The notes below the pieces were generated by a model. That model saw nothing but the letters and a program-made list of their open reading frames with translations. It ran no database searches and was not told where the DNA came from. DNA of 64,000 nt from an uncultured Spirochaetota bacterium. GTDB taxonomy: Bacteria; Spirochaetota; Spirochaetia; SZUA-6; Fen-1364. This document shows positions 1 through 10,410 of this stretch, piece after piece (the stretch's first letter is position 1; every line of letters begins with the position of its first letter). The stretch lies in NCBI GenBank assembly GCA_963781885.1, contig CAWAHW010000002.1, positions 96,001 through 160,000 on the forward strand, given 5' to 3'. The translations under genes were made by a program, and so were the position numbers.

Positions 1-1857
1 GATACCGACGAGGATGAGGATGATGACGAGGAGGAGACGGAGGAAGCCGAGCACGCCGGGGCGGAGGCGGACGCGCCGCGGGAGAAGGGCCGCGCGAGCC
101 GGCCGCTTGCCGCATACGCGGTGGATCTCACGGAGAAGGCGCGGGCAGGGGGCATCGACCCGCTCATCGGCCGCGACGACATCCTCCAGCGCACCATCCA
201 GGTCCTCTGCCGGAGGCTGAAGAACAACCCCATCCACGTCGGGGAGCCGGGCGTCGGCAAGACGGCCATCACGGAGGGGCTCGCCCAGATGATCGTGGAC
301 GAAAAGGTGCCCAAGGCCCTGCGCGGCTACCGCATCTACGCGCTGGACATGGGCGCGCTCCTGGCCGGCACGAAGTTCCGCGGTGATTTCGAGGAGCGCC
401 TGAAGAAGGTCATCAAGGAGCTGGAGAAGCAGGACCGTGCCATCCTTTTCATCGATGAGATCCACACCGTGGTCGGCGCGGGGTCCGTGTCGGGCGGCTC
501 GCTGGACGCCTCCAATATCCTGAAACCGGCGCTCAGCTCGGGCACGCTGCGCTGCATCGGCTCCACGACCTATGAGGACTACCGCAAGTTCTTCGACAAG
601 GACCGGGCGCTGTCGCGCCGGTTCCAGAAGATCGAGGTGCCCGAGCCCACGGTGGAAGAGGCGCACAGGATCCTCCAGGGACTGCGGGAGAAGTATGAAA
701 GCTACCACGAGGTGCGCTTCAGCGATGAGGCGTTGAAGGCCGCGGCGGAGCTTTCGGCCACGTTCATCAACGACCGGCATTTGCCCGACAAGGCGATCGA
801 CGTTCTGGACGAGGCAGGCGCCTGGGTCCGCGTCTACGGGCCCGAGACGGATTCCGCGGCAGGGCCGCGCCCCGTGGACGTGAAGATCATCGAGCAGGTG
901 GTGGCCCGGATCGCGAAGATACCCGAGGCGAGCGTGACGGCGGGCGAGCGCGAGAGGCTGCGCGACCTTGCGGCCGGGCTGAAGCATCGCGTCTTCGGGC
1001 AGGACCACGCCATCGACCTTGTCGTGCGCGCCATCCGCAAGTCGCGGGCCGGTTTCGGCGAGCGCGACAAGCCGGTGGCGTCCCTGCTCTTTGCCGGGCC
1101 CACCGGCGTCGGCAAGACGGAGCTCGCGCGGCAGCTCGCGCAGATACTCGGCGTGGGCCTCCTGCGTTTCGACATGAGCGAATACCAGGAGAAGCACACC
1201 GTGTCGCGCCTCATCGGTGCGCCTCCCGGCTATGTCGGGTACGACGATGGCGGTCTCCTCACGGATTCGGTGCGCAAGACCCCCCATGCCGTTCTCCTCC
1301 TGGACGAGATCGAGAAGGCGCACCCGGATATCTACAACATGCTGCTGCAGATCATGGATTACGCCACGCTCACGGACAACAACGGAAAGAAGGCGGATTT
1401 CCGCAATGTCGTTCTCATCATGACCTCCAACGCGGGCGCCCGTGAGATGGGAAAACCGCTGGTGGGTTTCGGCGACAGGGCGGTGGCGGACGATGCGGTG
1501 TTCGACGCGGTGGAGAGGGTCTTCTCACCCGAGTTCCGCAATCGCCTGGACGCGGTGGTGAAGTTCAACGGTCTCGATCATGCCGTGGTTCTGCAGGTGG
1601 TGGGCAAGGCAGTGGCGGAGTTCCAGGAGGAGCTTGCCGCCAAGAATGTCACGCTGGAGGTGACGCCCGCCTGTGCGGAATGGCTGGCCCGCAAGGGTTA
1701 TTCGCAGGAGTTCGGCGCCCGCGAGATCGCGCGTCTTGTCTCCACGAAGCTCAAGGATTTCTTCGTCGACGAGATACTCTTCGGAAGGCTTGCCAACGGC
1801 GGTCGGGCGCAGGCGGACATCAAGGACGACGCCGTGGTCCTCACCGTTCTCACCTGA
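1..1857 (+). CDS. clpA: ATP-dependent Clp protease ATP-binding subunit ClpA (5' end outside window)
   Basis: Frame open from base 1. Two AAA+ modules with Walker A GEPGVGKT and GPTGVGKT, Walker B LFIDE and [10 protein letters not shown], and the GAPPGYVG loop. No ClpB middle coiled coil. Adjacent to aat. Confidence 0.92.
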   Translation, partial: DTDEDEDDDEEETEEAEHAGAEADAPREKGRASRPLAAYAVDLTEKARAGGIDPLIGRDDILQRTIQVLCRRLKNNPIHVGEPGVGKTAITEGLAQMIVDEKVPKALRGYRIYALDMGALLAGTKFRGDFEERLKKVIKELEKQDRAILFIDEIHTVVGAGSVSGGSLDASNILKPALSSGTLRCIGSTTYEDYRKFFDKDRALSRRFQKIEVPEPTVEEAHRILQGLREKYESYHEVRFSDEALKAAAELSATFINDRHLPDKAIDVLDEAGAWVRVYGPETDSAAGPRPVDVKIIEQVVARIAKIPEASVTAGERERLRDLAAGLKHRVFGQDHAIDLVVRAIRKSRAGFGERDKPVASLLFAGPTGVGKTELARQLAQILGVGLLRFDMSEYQEKHTVSRLIGAPPGYVGYDDGGLLTDSVRKTPHAVLLLDEIEKAHPDIYNMLLQIMDYATLTDNNGKKADFRNVVLIMTSNAGAREMGKPLVGFGDRAVADDAVFDAVERVFSPEFRNRLDAVVKFNGLDHAVVLQVVGKAVAEFQEELAAKNVTLEVTPACAEWLARKGYSQEFGAREIARLVSTKLKDFFVDEILFGRLANGGRAQADIKDDAVVLTVLT

Positions 1858-2582
1858 ACGCCGTGCTCTGGGTCACGGCGGCACGCAGGCGCCCGAGATA
1901 CTCGACCCGCGGTATTTCCACGGCACCCATCGACGCAAGATGCGGCGTGAGGAACTGCACGTCGAAAAGGCGGTAACCGCCTGCCCGCAGCCTTTCTTCC
2001 ATGCCGATGAGCGCCACCTTCGACGCATTCTCTTCACCTGAAAACATCGACTCACCGGCGAAGAAGCCTCCGACAGCCACGCCGTAGAGGCCGCCCACGA
2101 GGCGCCCGTCATGCCAGACCTCCACGCTGTGGGCATACCCCAGCTCGAACAGGCGCGTGTAGGCGGTGATAAACTGCGGCGTGATCCAGAACGCCGTCCC
2201 GGCCGGGGCGCGGACCTGCACATTCCTCCATCACGCGGCGGAAGGCGCTGTCGGCGCTGACGGTGAATCCTGCCTGCCGCAGCACCTTGCGCATGCTGTG
2301 GGAGACGTGCACGCCGCCGATGGGCATGATGGCGCGCGGATCGGGCGACCACCACGTGATGGGATGCGTCGTCCAGGGAAATATGCCGTTGCTGTAGGCG
2401 TGCACGAGCGTGCCGGGCGAGAGGTCGCCGCCCACGGCGAGGAAACCGTCGGGGTCGGCGGTATCCGGATGGGGAAACCGGAAACGCGTCGCCAGCCGCG
2501 GCCCACCGGGGCTCCCGTCAGGCGCGCGGAAATCTTCAGAGCCCCGATGAGGCTCGCTAGAGCCCAGCTTTTCGGAGGGCAT
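1850..2582 (-). CDS. aat: Leucyl/phenylalanyl-tRNA--protein transferase (one frameshift near 2215)
   Basis: N-part [20 protein letters not shown]...WWSPDPRAI (ORF 2109..2582) joins C-part AHSVEVW...[18 protein letters not shown]...ASKVAL (ORF 1850..2221). Confidence 0.9.
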
Positions 2583-3361
2583 CCTCAGCGCTCATGCCGT
2601 CGTGGATCACGGCCTTGAATGCCTTTACGTTCGCCGTCACATTCGCGAAGCCCCAGATGTTGCGGCCGATGGTCGCCCCGGATGCCCCGCTCTTCATCAC
2701 ATCGCCCATCATCGCGAGCGAGCTTTTCAGGTCGGCGGCCTGGGGACCGCCCGGCGGCCACGATCCGCACGGGGCTCGTGGAGACGATCTGCCGATACGC
2801 CTCGATGTTGCCGCAGTACGGCACCTTGATCAGGTCGACGCCCAGCTCGATGGCACAGCGCGCGGCCCACGCGATGTCCTCCGGGGCGTAGGAGATCCGC
2901 ACGCTCCCGGCCGCGAATATGCGCGGGTAGGTGTGGCAGATGACGGGCATGTCGTAGCGCTCCGCCTCGCGAACGGCTCCTGCCACCGCGCGCATGTAGG
3001 CGGCCTCCGTGGGTCCGCGCACGAAGCAGACAAGTGCATACGCGTCGGCGCCCAGCCGGACCGCGTCCTCGGGCGTGGCGGCCAGCTCCATCGCCGAGTC
3101 GTCCGTGCGCACGAGGCTTGCCTGCAGGATCATCGGCACCACACCGGCATAATCCGGCCAGAGATTGCGGGCGATCCCGATCTGCATCGTGACGGCGTCC
3201 GGCCTGCCTTTCACGACGAGCTTCAGCGTCGTGGGCAGGTCGCGAAGCCCTTCGGGAAGACCATCCGGGTAGGTCATGAAGTGATCGACGGCCACCGAGC
3301 AGAGCCTGCCCGACGCATGGCCGAATATCCTATTGAGCCTGACGAGCTTTCCCGTGTTCAT
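2557..3361 (-). CDS. Class I aldolase, DhnA/LsrF family (frameshift near 2750)
   Basis: VAVDH, A..AIELGVDLIKVPY (Schiff-base Lys) and IVAAG motifs. The shifted frame continues GASGATIGRNIW...[16 protein letters not shown] to a stop at 2557. Confidence 0.82.
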
Positions 3362-3533
3362 ACTCCCGTGGATGATAGTGGGAAGACCTCCGCGGGACAA
3401 GGGCTGCGCTCGGCTTCCGGGCGCTGCACTTGCCTCTCCCGCGATGCCTCGATAGGGTGACGGCCATGCGCCCGCCCGCTCGTTCTTGGTGCACGATTTT
3501 CGGCGCCGCATTTTCCCAGAGGAAGACGCTGGC

Positions 3534-4471
3534 ATGAAACGCGCCGGCGCGGTGATCCTCAACGATTCGCTCCTGCTGCTCACCGCCCTGATCTGGGGCC
3601 TGGCGTTCGTCGCCCAGCGCGTCGGCATGGAGCACGTCGGGCCCTTCACCTACAACGCCGTGCGCTTCGGCATCGGCTCGCTGTTGCTCGTGCCCGTGAT
3701 TCTCATCCGCGACGCGCTCGCGCGGCGAAAGGGCCTGGTGTCGCCGAACGGCGCGCCGCCGGCGTCGCGCTGGATAGACCCCGTTCGCGCGGGATTGATC
3801 GCCGGCGGCGTGCTCTTTTTCGGCGCATCCCTCCAGCAGATCGGCATCGTGTCCACCACCGCGGGCAAGGCGGGGTTCATCACGGGTCTCTACGTCGTGC
3901 TCGTGCCGCTGGTCGGGCTCTTCTTCCGCCAGCGCGCGGGCGGGAGCGCGTGGATCGGGGCGACGCTTTCCGTCATCGGCCTCTTCCTCCTCAGCATGAC
4001 GGATGCGCTTTCCATCGCCGCGGCGATCTGCTGGTTCTCATCGGCGCGCTTTTCTGGACCGCGCACGTGCAGGTGGTCGGGATGCTCTCTCCCCGCACGG
4101 ACCCGGTGAAGCTCGCCTGCGTGCAATTCGTCGTCTGCTCGCTGGCAAGCGCGGCCGGCGCGCTTCTCACGGAACATCCCGACCTGTCGTCCATCCTCGC
4201 CGGCGCCGTGCCCATCCTCTACGGCGGTCTGTTCTCCGTCGGCATCGCCTTCACGCTGCAGGTGGTGGCCCAGGGGAAAGCGCCCCCCGCGCATGCGGCG
4301 ATCATCCTGAGTCTCGAAAGCGTCTTCGCGGCGATCGGCGGCGGCATCATCCTCGGCGAGCGGCTGGGGGCGCGCGGCGTCGTGGGCTGCGCGGTGATGC
4401 TTCTCGGCATGCTCGTCTCCCAGGCACCGCTCGTTTTCGCATCGCTTGCCCGGGGAAAACAGGGCGGATAG
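3534..4471 (+). CDS. DMT/EamA family transporter (frameshift near 4020)
   Basis: LLLTALIWGLAFVAQ, TTAGKAGFITGLYVVLVP, and AAIILSLESVFAAIGG.ILGE across ORFs 3486..4109 and 3950..4471. Confidence 0.85.
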
Positions 4472-4484
4472 ACTCTGGGACATC

Positions 4485-5104
4485 ATGGGAAGCGCTGAAT
4501 CCGCCTCGACGCAGATACTCCGCCTGCTGGGCGGCCTTGCCGGCGTGCAGGCGGCGCGGCGGCTTTCCCCGGAACAGCTCCGTCGCGTCTGCGAGCTGGA
4601 GACGCGCTTCGAGTCGTCTTCCGTCATTCCGGTCCGCAACATCGGGGTGCGTCTCCTGTCCGCGCGCGACGCCTGTTTCCTTCTCCTGAAGGATGGCACC
4701 TTCCGTCCCCCAAAAGTGCCGACGGTCTATCTCGTGGAGGAGAGTGCGCGGGAAGGATCGCCGCATGCGCTGTGCGTCGATGGCATCTGGTACACCGTCG
4801 TCGGCGAAGAGATCATCGATAAAGCGCGCCGCGCGGAGAGGCGGTGATTCCCCTGGGCAGCTCGTTCGCGATCTACCCTGAAAGACGCGTCAATGCCGGC
4901 CTGCCGTGCACGTTCATCCTCCCCCCCATCGGGTTCCCCGAGCTGGAAGGGCGGATCGAGGGCCTGGGCATCTCGCGTATCATCAGCATCAGTCCATCGC
5001 TCGCGGCCGACGGGTATCTGCGGACCGCATTCGATTTTCCGCCGACCAACCGGCTGGCAACGCTCCTCATCGGCTGCGACCTGCCGCGGTCCGCGGGGGC
5101 GTGA
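4485..5104 (+). CDS. Hypothetical protein (one frameshifted gene or two coupled small ORFs, 4485..4847 and 4844..5104)
   Basis: Globular, protein-like composition in both pieces, co-directional with neighbours. No recognisable motif. Confidence 0.55.
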
Positions 5105-5161
5105 CGCGCCGCGCGCTCCGCTTGATGCGAAGCCCCCAAGGGGTTACTTTCTACGACAGTC

Positions 5162-6153
5162 ATGAAAAAAAACGTGGTCCCCCAGGTCCGGCAAAGCCGC
5201 GCTTCTGCGCACGGCGTCTCTCTTCTCTTCCCTCGATGAGGGCGAGCTTGCCTTGCTTGCGCGCTACAGCGGCTACCGGTCGTACGACGCGGGGCAGGTG
5301 ATATTCGCGCAGGGCTCGCACCGGGAGGAGCTTTTCCTGATCAAGGACGGCACCGTCGTCATCCGCCGGCGCGGCGAGGACGACAGCGAGCGGGATATCG
5401 CGCAGTTCGTCGGCGGGGAGGTTTTCGGCGAGATGGACCTCCTGGACACCGCGCCGCGCACCGCCTCTGCCGTCGCGGAAGGCCCGACCCGGCTGCTCGT
5501 GTTCCCCGACGGCATCGAGTTCGCGCGGCTTCTCGACCAGCACCCCGAGACCTTTGCCCGCATCCTCCGCAAGCTCCTGGGGGAGATCGCGCGGCGCATC
5601 CGCGCCATCGACCGTCTCATGTCGGAAAAGACCCCGTGGATCGAGGACCTGAAGAGACAGCTCCACCGCGACAAGCTCACGGGTCTCTGGAACAGGCTGT
5701 ACCTGGAAGAGGAGCTTCCGCGCATCGTGACGGCGCATCCGCCGCACGAGCCTCCTCGTGGTGAAGCCCGACAACTTCAAGGCCATCAACGACACCTTCG
5801 GCCACGAGGCGGGTGACAAAGCGCTCGTGCTGCTCGCCGACGCGGTGAAGTCGCGTCTCAGCGATGGCGACATCGCGGCGCGCTACCGGGGGGACGAATA
5901 CTGCGTCATCCTGCCCGGTCGCGGCACCTCCGAGGCAGCCGCGGCGGCGGAGGGCTTGCGCGCCGCGGTGCGGGCCATCGACGTGCGCCAGGCAACTGGC
6001 AGCGACACCATCTCCCTCACCGGCAGCGTGGGCGTCTCCCAGTACCCCGCGCCTGCCGCGGACGCGAAGACGCTCGTGACGCGCGCCTTCGACCAGCTCT
6101 GGAAGGCGCGGGACGCCGGCGGGGACAGGATCCTCGTGGAGAAGGGCGCATGA
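5162..6153 (+). CDS. cNMP-binding domain plus degenerate GGDEF domain protein (frameshifts near 5180 and 5745)
   Basis: cNMP cassette FGEMDLLDTAPRTAS; DKLTGLWNR; KPDNFKAINDTFGH; active-site motif reads RYRGDEY. Confidence 0.8.
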
Positions 6154-8303
6154 AGGCCCCGTCCCTCCTGGCGCGCGTCGGCGTTTTTTCCCTCCTCACG
6201 GAAGAGGAGATCGACCTTCTCTCGCCCCACCTCGCGCGCGTGGAGCTGGCCGCGGGGGAGGCGCTCTTTCACGAAGGCGAGCAGGGCAACGACCTGTACA
6301 TCCTGGCCGAAGGCGCCGCGGCGGCGAGCATCCGCCTGCCGGACGGCGGGACCCGGGAGATCGCCCGATTCGCCCCGGGCGACTTCTTCGGCGAGATGTC
6401 CATCTTTGACGACGCCCCCCGGTCGGCAACCTGCGCGGCCGTGGTGAAGAGCGCCCTGTTCAGCCTGTCGCGGGACGCTTTCACGGGCGTCATTGCGGAG
6501 CACCCCGGCATCGCGCTGAAGCTCATGTATCGCATGCTCAATATCACGACGCAGCGCCTGCGCGGCACCTCCGAGTTCGTTTCGGAGATGGTGCAGTGGG
6601 GCGAGGGCGCCCGCAAGCGCGCCGTCACGGACGAGCTCACCGGCGTCTACAACAGGCGCTTCCTGGAGGATTCGCTTCCCACGCTCGTGGCGGAGGCGGG
6701 GGAGAAGGGCGAGCCGATCTGCCTCGTCATGGTGGACCTCGACCACTTCCGCGGCATCAACGAGGCCTACGGCCACGTCACGGGGGATGAGACGATCAAG
6801 TCCGCGGCCCGCATCTTCCGCGGCTTGCTGCGGGAGACCGATCTCATCGCGCGCTACGGCGGGGACGAGTTCGTGATCGTGCTTCCCCGCACCGAGCCCG
6901 TCCTGGGAACGCGCCTCATGGCCGCCGTCTGCTCCGAGGTGGCGCGTCTTCCATTGCTGAAGGACAAAAAGGGTCCCATCACGACCGTGACGACGAGCAT
7001 GGGGGTCGCGGGTTTCCCCCTCCATGCCGCCGACCTGTCCGGCCTGCGCGCCGCCGCCGACGCGGCGCTCTACAAGGCCAAGGAAGAGGGGAGGAACCGC
7101 GTCATGTGCGCCGCCATGCCGATGCGCGTGGAGCCGGAGCACCCGGCGGCCAAACGCGCCATTCGTACCATTGCGGAGAAGAACCGCGTCATCGAGCGGA
7201 TCATCGCCGCCATGACCGATCGCCGCTCTTTCCTCGTCCTCGGGCACCAGAACCCCGACGACGACTGCATCTCTTCCATGATCTCCATCGCCCTCATCCT
7301 CCATATGTTCTACCGCAACGTCGTCCTCCACATCGGCTCGCAGGTGCACGAGCATTTCGCCTACCTCCTGGACATCTGCCGTTACAACGCCATCCCGATC
7401 ATCGGACCGGGAGACCCGGTGCCGGCGGGCGTCGACACGGCGGTGCTCTGCGACACCCCGAAGCCGTCCATGATGGAGGCGAGCGACGCCGTGCGGGAAT
7501 ACCTGAAAGACCCGAACGTCCTTCGCATCGAGATCGACCATCACCTGGCGGCCGACAGCGGCTACTGGGGCGACGAGGGCTACCGGCTGGTCACGGAGGC
7601 GTCCTCCGCGAGCGAGCTGGTCGGCCACATTTTGCTGAAGCTGGAGGGACGGCACGAGCTGCTGGAGCGCCACCAGATCGCGGAGCTCTTCCCGCGGAAC
7701 CTCGTGCTTGCCATCCTCACGGGCATCATCGGGGACTCGAACATGGGCCAGTACCTGAAGTCCCGGCGCGAAAAGCGCTACTACCAGATATTCTCCACCA
7801 TGTTCAACGACATGCTGTCCCGCCGCACGACGAAGAAGACGAACTTCTTCACGATGGACCAGGTCTTCACGGAGCTGCAGAAGCTCTCCACCCACGAGCA
7901 GGGGTGCTACAGCTACATGATGGAACGAAAAAAGACCGTGGGCTCCGTGACGCTCGTGGCGCTGTCGGAGCCCGAGATGAACCAGCTGTACAACTCCTGC
8001 GACGACGACACGATCATCTCCTCCGCGCGCGTCATCGCCGACCGGCTGGCCGAGGAGAGCGGCAAGCTCGGGCTGATCGCCTACTACGACAACCCTGCGC
8101 GCTCCGACCTCGTGCAGTTCCGCCTCCGCCGGGCAGGGGGGTGGAAGGGATACGACCTGCGCGGCTTTCTCACCCAGTTCAAGATCGCAAACGGCGGCGG
8201 GCACGAGGGTGCCATCGGCTTCCGGGTTCCGCGCGGGGAGATACCCGATTTCCGCGCCTACGTCGCCGATCTTCTCAAGGGGATCGAGGCGACGATCGCG
8301 TAG
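6150..8303 (+). CDS. cNMP-binding / GGDEF diguanylate cyclase / DHH-DHHA1 phosphoesterase fusion
   Basis: FGEMSIFDDAPRSAT; DELTGVYNRR, DLDHF, and RETD-LIARY-GGDEF; DHH motifs GHQNPDDD, LCDT, IDHH, GIIGDS; C-terminal GGGH. Confidence 0.88.
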   Translation: MKAPSLLARVGVFSLLTEEEIDLLSPHLARVELAAGEALFHEGEQGNDLYILAEGAAAASIRLPDGGTREIARFAPGDFFGEMSIFDDAPRSATCAAVVKSALFSLSRDAFTGVIAEHPGIALKLMYRMLNITTQRLRGTSEFVSEMVQWGEGARKRAVTDELTGVYNRRFLEDSLPTLVAEAGEKGEPICLVMVDLDHFRGINEAYGHVTGDETIKSAARIFRGLLRETDLIARYGGDEFVIVLPRTEPVLGTRLMAAVCSEVARLPLLKDKKGPITTVTTSMGVAGFPLHAADLSGLRAAADAALYKAKEEGRNRVMCAAMPMRVEPEHPAAKRAIRTIAEKNRVIERIIAAMTDRRSFLVLGHQNPDDDCISSMISIALILHMFYRNVVLHIGSQVHEHFAYLLDICRYNAIPIIGPGDPVPAGVDTAVLCDTPKPSMMEASDAVREYLKDPNVLRIEIDHHLAADSGYWGDEGYRLVTEASSASELVGHILLKLEGRHELLERHQIAELFPRNLVLAILTGIIGDSNMGQYLKSRREKRYYQIFSTMFNDMLSRRTTKKTNFFTMDQVFTELQKLSTHEQGCYSYMMERKKTVGSVTLVALSEPEMNQLYNSCDDDTIISSARVIADRLAEESGKLGLIAYYDNPARSDLVQFRLRRAGGWKGYDLRGFLTQFKIANGGGHEGAIGFRVPRGEIPDFRAYVADLLKGIEATIA

Positions 8304-9597
8304 GCGGCTCCTCCGCGGACGACGGGTCCTCCATTTTCCTTCGATAGCGCAGCGGCGGCTGCCCCTCCAGCGCGCGGAACGTCTTCGTGAAGTGGCTCTG
8401 GTCGAAGAAGCCGCATTCCGATGCGATCTCCGCCATGGAGCGGTCCGTATTCTTCAACAGGTACACGGCATAGTCGACGCGCAGCCGCGCGATGTACGCG
8501 GAGAGCGACACTCCGGCGTGGGCGCGGAAGAGATGGAGCGCCCGGCTCACGCTGAGGCCGGCCGCCGCGGCCACGTCGCGCGCGGCGACCTTTGACGCGA
8601 AATTGCGCGACAGGTAGTCCTTCATCCGCGTCATGTGCGCCAGGGCGGCGCGTCCGCGCTCCTCCGAGACGGCGCGGGTGAAGTTCTCCAGCGCCTTCGT
8701 GACCTTCCAGAAAAGGTCGTCGTAGCCCGTGGCGGCATTGATGTCCGTGAGATAGGAGTAGCGCGAGCCCAGGAGGCCCTCCGCGCTGATACCCTTTCCC
8801 ATGGCGGCGCGCGAGATGATGACGATCAGCTCCAGCAGGCGCACCTTCAGCATGTCGAAGTGCGCGCCGCTCTCCAGGAAGATGACGCCGAGGAAACGGT
8901 TGATGATCTCCCGCGAGCCGCGCAGATCGCCGAGCACGACCTTGTCGATGATCTCGTTCTGCATGCTCACGAGCGACGTGAGGAGATCGGTCCCGTTCGC
9001 ACGCGCTTCCTCGAGGTAATTGGCGATGCTGAACTGCTGGATGCTCTTTTCGCGGCTCTCCGCCACCTGCTCGACGTCGTTCATGCCGTAGGCGGCGGAC
9101 AGGTCGAAGAGCATGCGCCCGTGCCGGCGCACGCTCTCCGAGGTGAGGGTGCGAAAACGCAGGCGCGCGCGGGGGCCGAGCCCCGAGCGGATGCGGTGCC
9201 GGCGCAACCGCTGGATCACCTCCTCGCGCATGCCCGCCTCCATCTGCGGAAAGATGCAGAAGCCGCTCAGAAGGCCCGCGACGAGCGTCTTGTCCGCGGA
9301 CAGGGCCACGGCGAAAGTGACCAGGCCGAAGGGGCAGATGGAAATGTAGGGCTCGCCCCAGCGGAATGACTCCTCGACGGCCTTGCACCGGTAGTCGCGG
9401 CACAGCCGCCCCCGGGTCGGCGAGCGCGGGAGGCGCGCGCAGAGGCCGCACCCGCCGAGCTTCCAGACCTCCCTCCCGCGCTCGTCCACCAGGGAAAGGG
9501 GCAGCCCGCTTGCGGCGCGATACTCGGTGCCCAGCCGCTGGACCTTGCGCATGTCGAGGGGGATTCTATGGTGCGTCGCCCGCGGAACAGTGGCCAT
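8275..9597 (-). CDS. AraC family regulator with N-terminal PocR-like sensor domain
   Basis: Cys-containing N-domain (CGLC...LC..YR...PYISICPFGL) and C-terminal AraC HTH (IASECGFFDQSHFTKTFR...P..YR). Divergent from the corrinoid gene. Confidence 0.85.
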   Translation of the reverse strand: MATVPRATHHRIPLDMRKVQRLGTEYRAASGLPLSLVDERGREVWKLGGCGLCARLPRSPTRGRLCRDYRCKAVEESFRWGEPYISICPFGLVTFAVALSADKTLVAGLLSGFCIFPQMEAGMREEVIQRLRRHRIRSGLGPRARLRFRTLTSESVRRHGRMLFDLSAAYGMNDVEQVAESREKSIQQFSIANYLEEARANGTDLLTSLVSMQNEIIDKVVLGDLRGSREIINRFLGVIFLESGAHFDMLKVRLLELIVIISRAAMGKGISAEGLLGSRYSYLTDINAATGYDDLFWKVTKALENFTRAVSEERGRAALAHMTRMKDYLSRNFASKVAARDVAAAAGLSVSRALHLFRAHAGVSLSAYIARLRVDYAVYLLKNTDRSMAEIASECGFFDQSHFTKTFRALEGQPPLRYRRKMEDPSSAEEPPTRSSPRSP

Positions 9598-9718
9598 GGA
9601 TAGCATGATTTTACAAAAATACCGTGGGCATGTACAATAACCCTCCCCCCCGGCCGCGCTACAGTGCTCCCTGACAGGACAACGGGACGCCCGCGGGGCG
9701 TCGGAAACGGAGGAAAAG

Positions 9719-10354
9719 ATGGCGACACTGCTGGAGCTTTCCGAGGCGATCCAGAAAGGGAATGCACCCAAGGCGAAGGAGCTCACGAGCGCCCTCCTGG
9801 CCGAAAAGATGGGAGCGGGGGACGTGCTCAACAAGGGGCTACTGGACGGCATGGAGAAGGTGGGCCGGCGGTTCAAGGCGAACGAGATCTACATCCCCGA
9901 GGTGCTCATTGCGGCGCGCGCCATGAACCAGAGCATGGACATACTCAAGCCGGAGCTCGTGAAGGCGGGTGTGAAGCCGGTGGGCAAGATGCTGCTGGGC
10001 ACCGTGAAGGGCGACCTGCACGACATCGGCAAGAATCTCGTAAAGATGATGGCCCAGGGCGCCGGTCTGGACGTCGTGGATCTCGGCATCGACGTGTCGG
10101 CGGACAAGTTCGTCCAGGGACTGAAGGACAACCCCGATGCGCGGACGGTCGGCATGTCGGCGCTCCTCACGACCACGATGACGGGCATGAAGGAGGTCAT
10201 CGACCGGTTCCAGAAGGAAGGGTTGCGCGGCAAGGTGAAGATCCTGGTTGGCGGCGCGCCTCTCACCGACCAGTACGCAAAGGAAATCGGCGCCGACGGC
10301 TATGCACCGGACGCGGCGAGCGCCGCGGAGAAGTTCAAGGCCTTCGTCTCATAG
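9719..10354 (+). CDS. Corrinoid (cobalamin-binding) methyl-carrier protein, MtbC/MttC-like
   Basis: B12 cap domain, DxHxxG motif GDLHDIGKN, MSALLTTT and VGGAP. GGAGG RBS upstream. Confidence 0.92.
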   Translation: MATLLELSEAIQKGNAPKAKELTSALLAEKMGAGDVLNKGLLDGMEKVGRRFKANEIYIPEVLIAARAMNQSMDILKPELVKAGVKPVGKMLLGTVKGDLHDIGKNLVKMMAQGAGLDVVDLGIDVSADKFVQGLKDNPDARTVGMSALLTTTMTGMKEVIDRFQKEGLRGKVKILVGGAPLTDQYAKEIGADGYAPDAASAAEKFKAFVS

Positions 10355-10410
10355 AGAGCCCTTTCGCTGCTGGCGGAGTTCTTCCGCTCCTGGCGGAGTT
10401 GGAGGTTCAC

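Noticed and set aside
1-60. GAG/GAC/GAT-rich repeat-like sequence
   Set aside because: It encodes the acidic linker ([15 protein letters not shown]) between the ClpA N-domain and the first AAA+ module.
5883-8204. Long antisense and alternative-frame ORFs (e.g. 773 aa here; also 20067..22058, 35356..37296, 37326..39194, 43665..45383)
   Set aside because: Shadow ORFs expected from high-GC codon bias. They overlap well-supported genes and contain no motifs.
10370-10400. Direct repeat CTGGCGGAGTT x2 as a CRISPR or regulatory repeat
   Set aside because: Only two 11-bp copies with a 9-bp spacer and no cas genes; too little to support a call.
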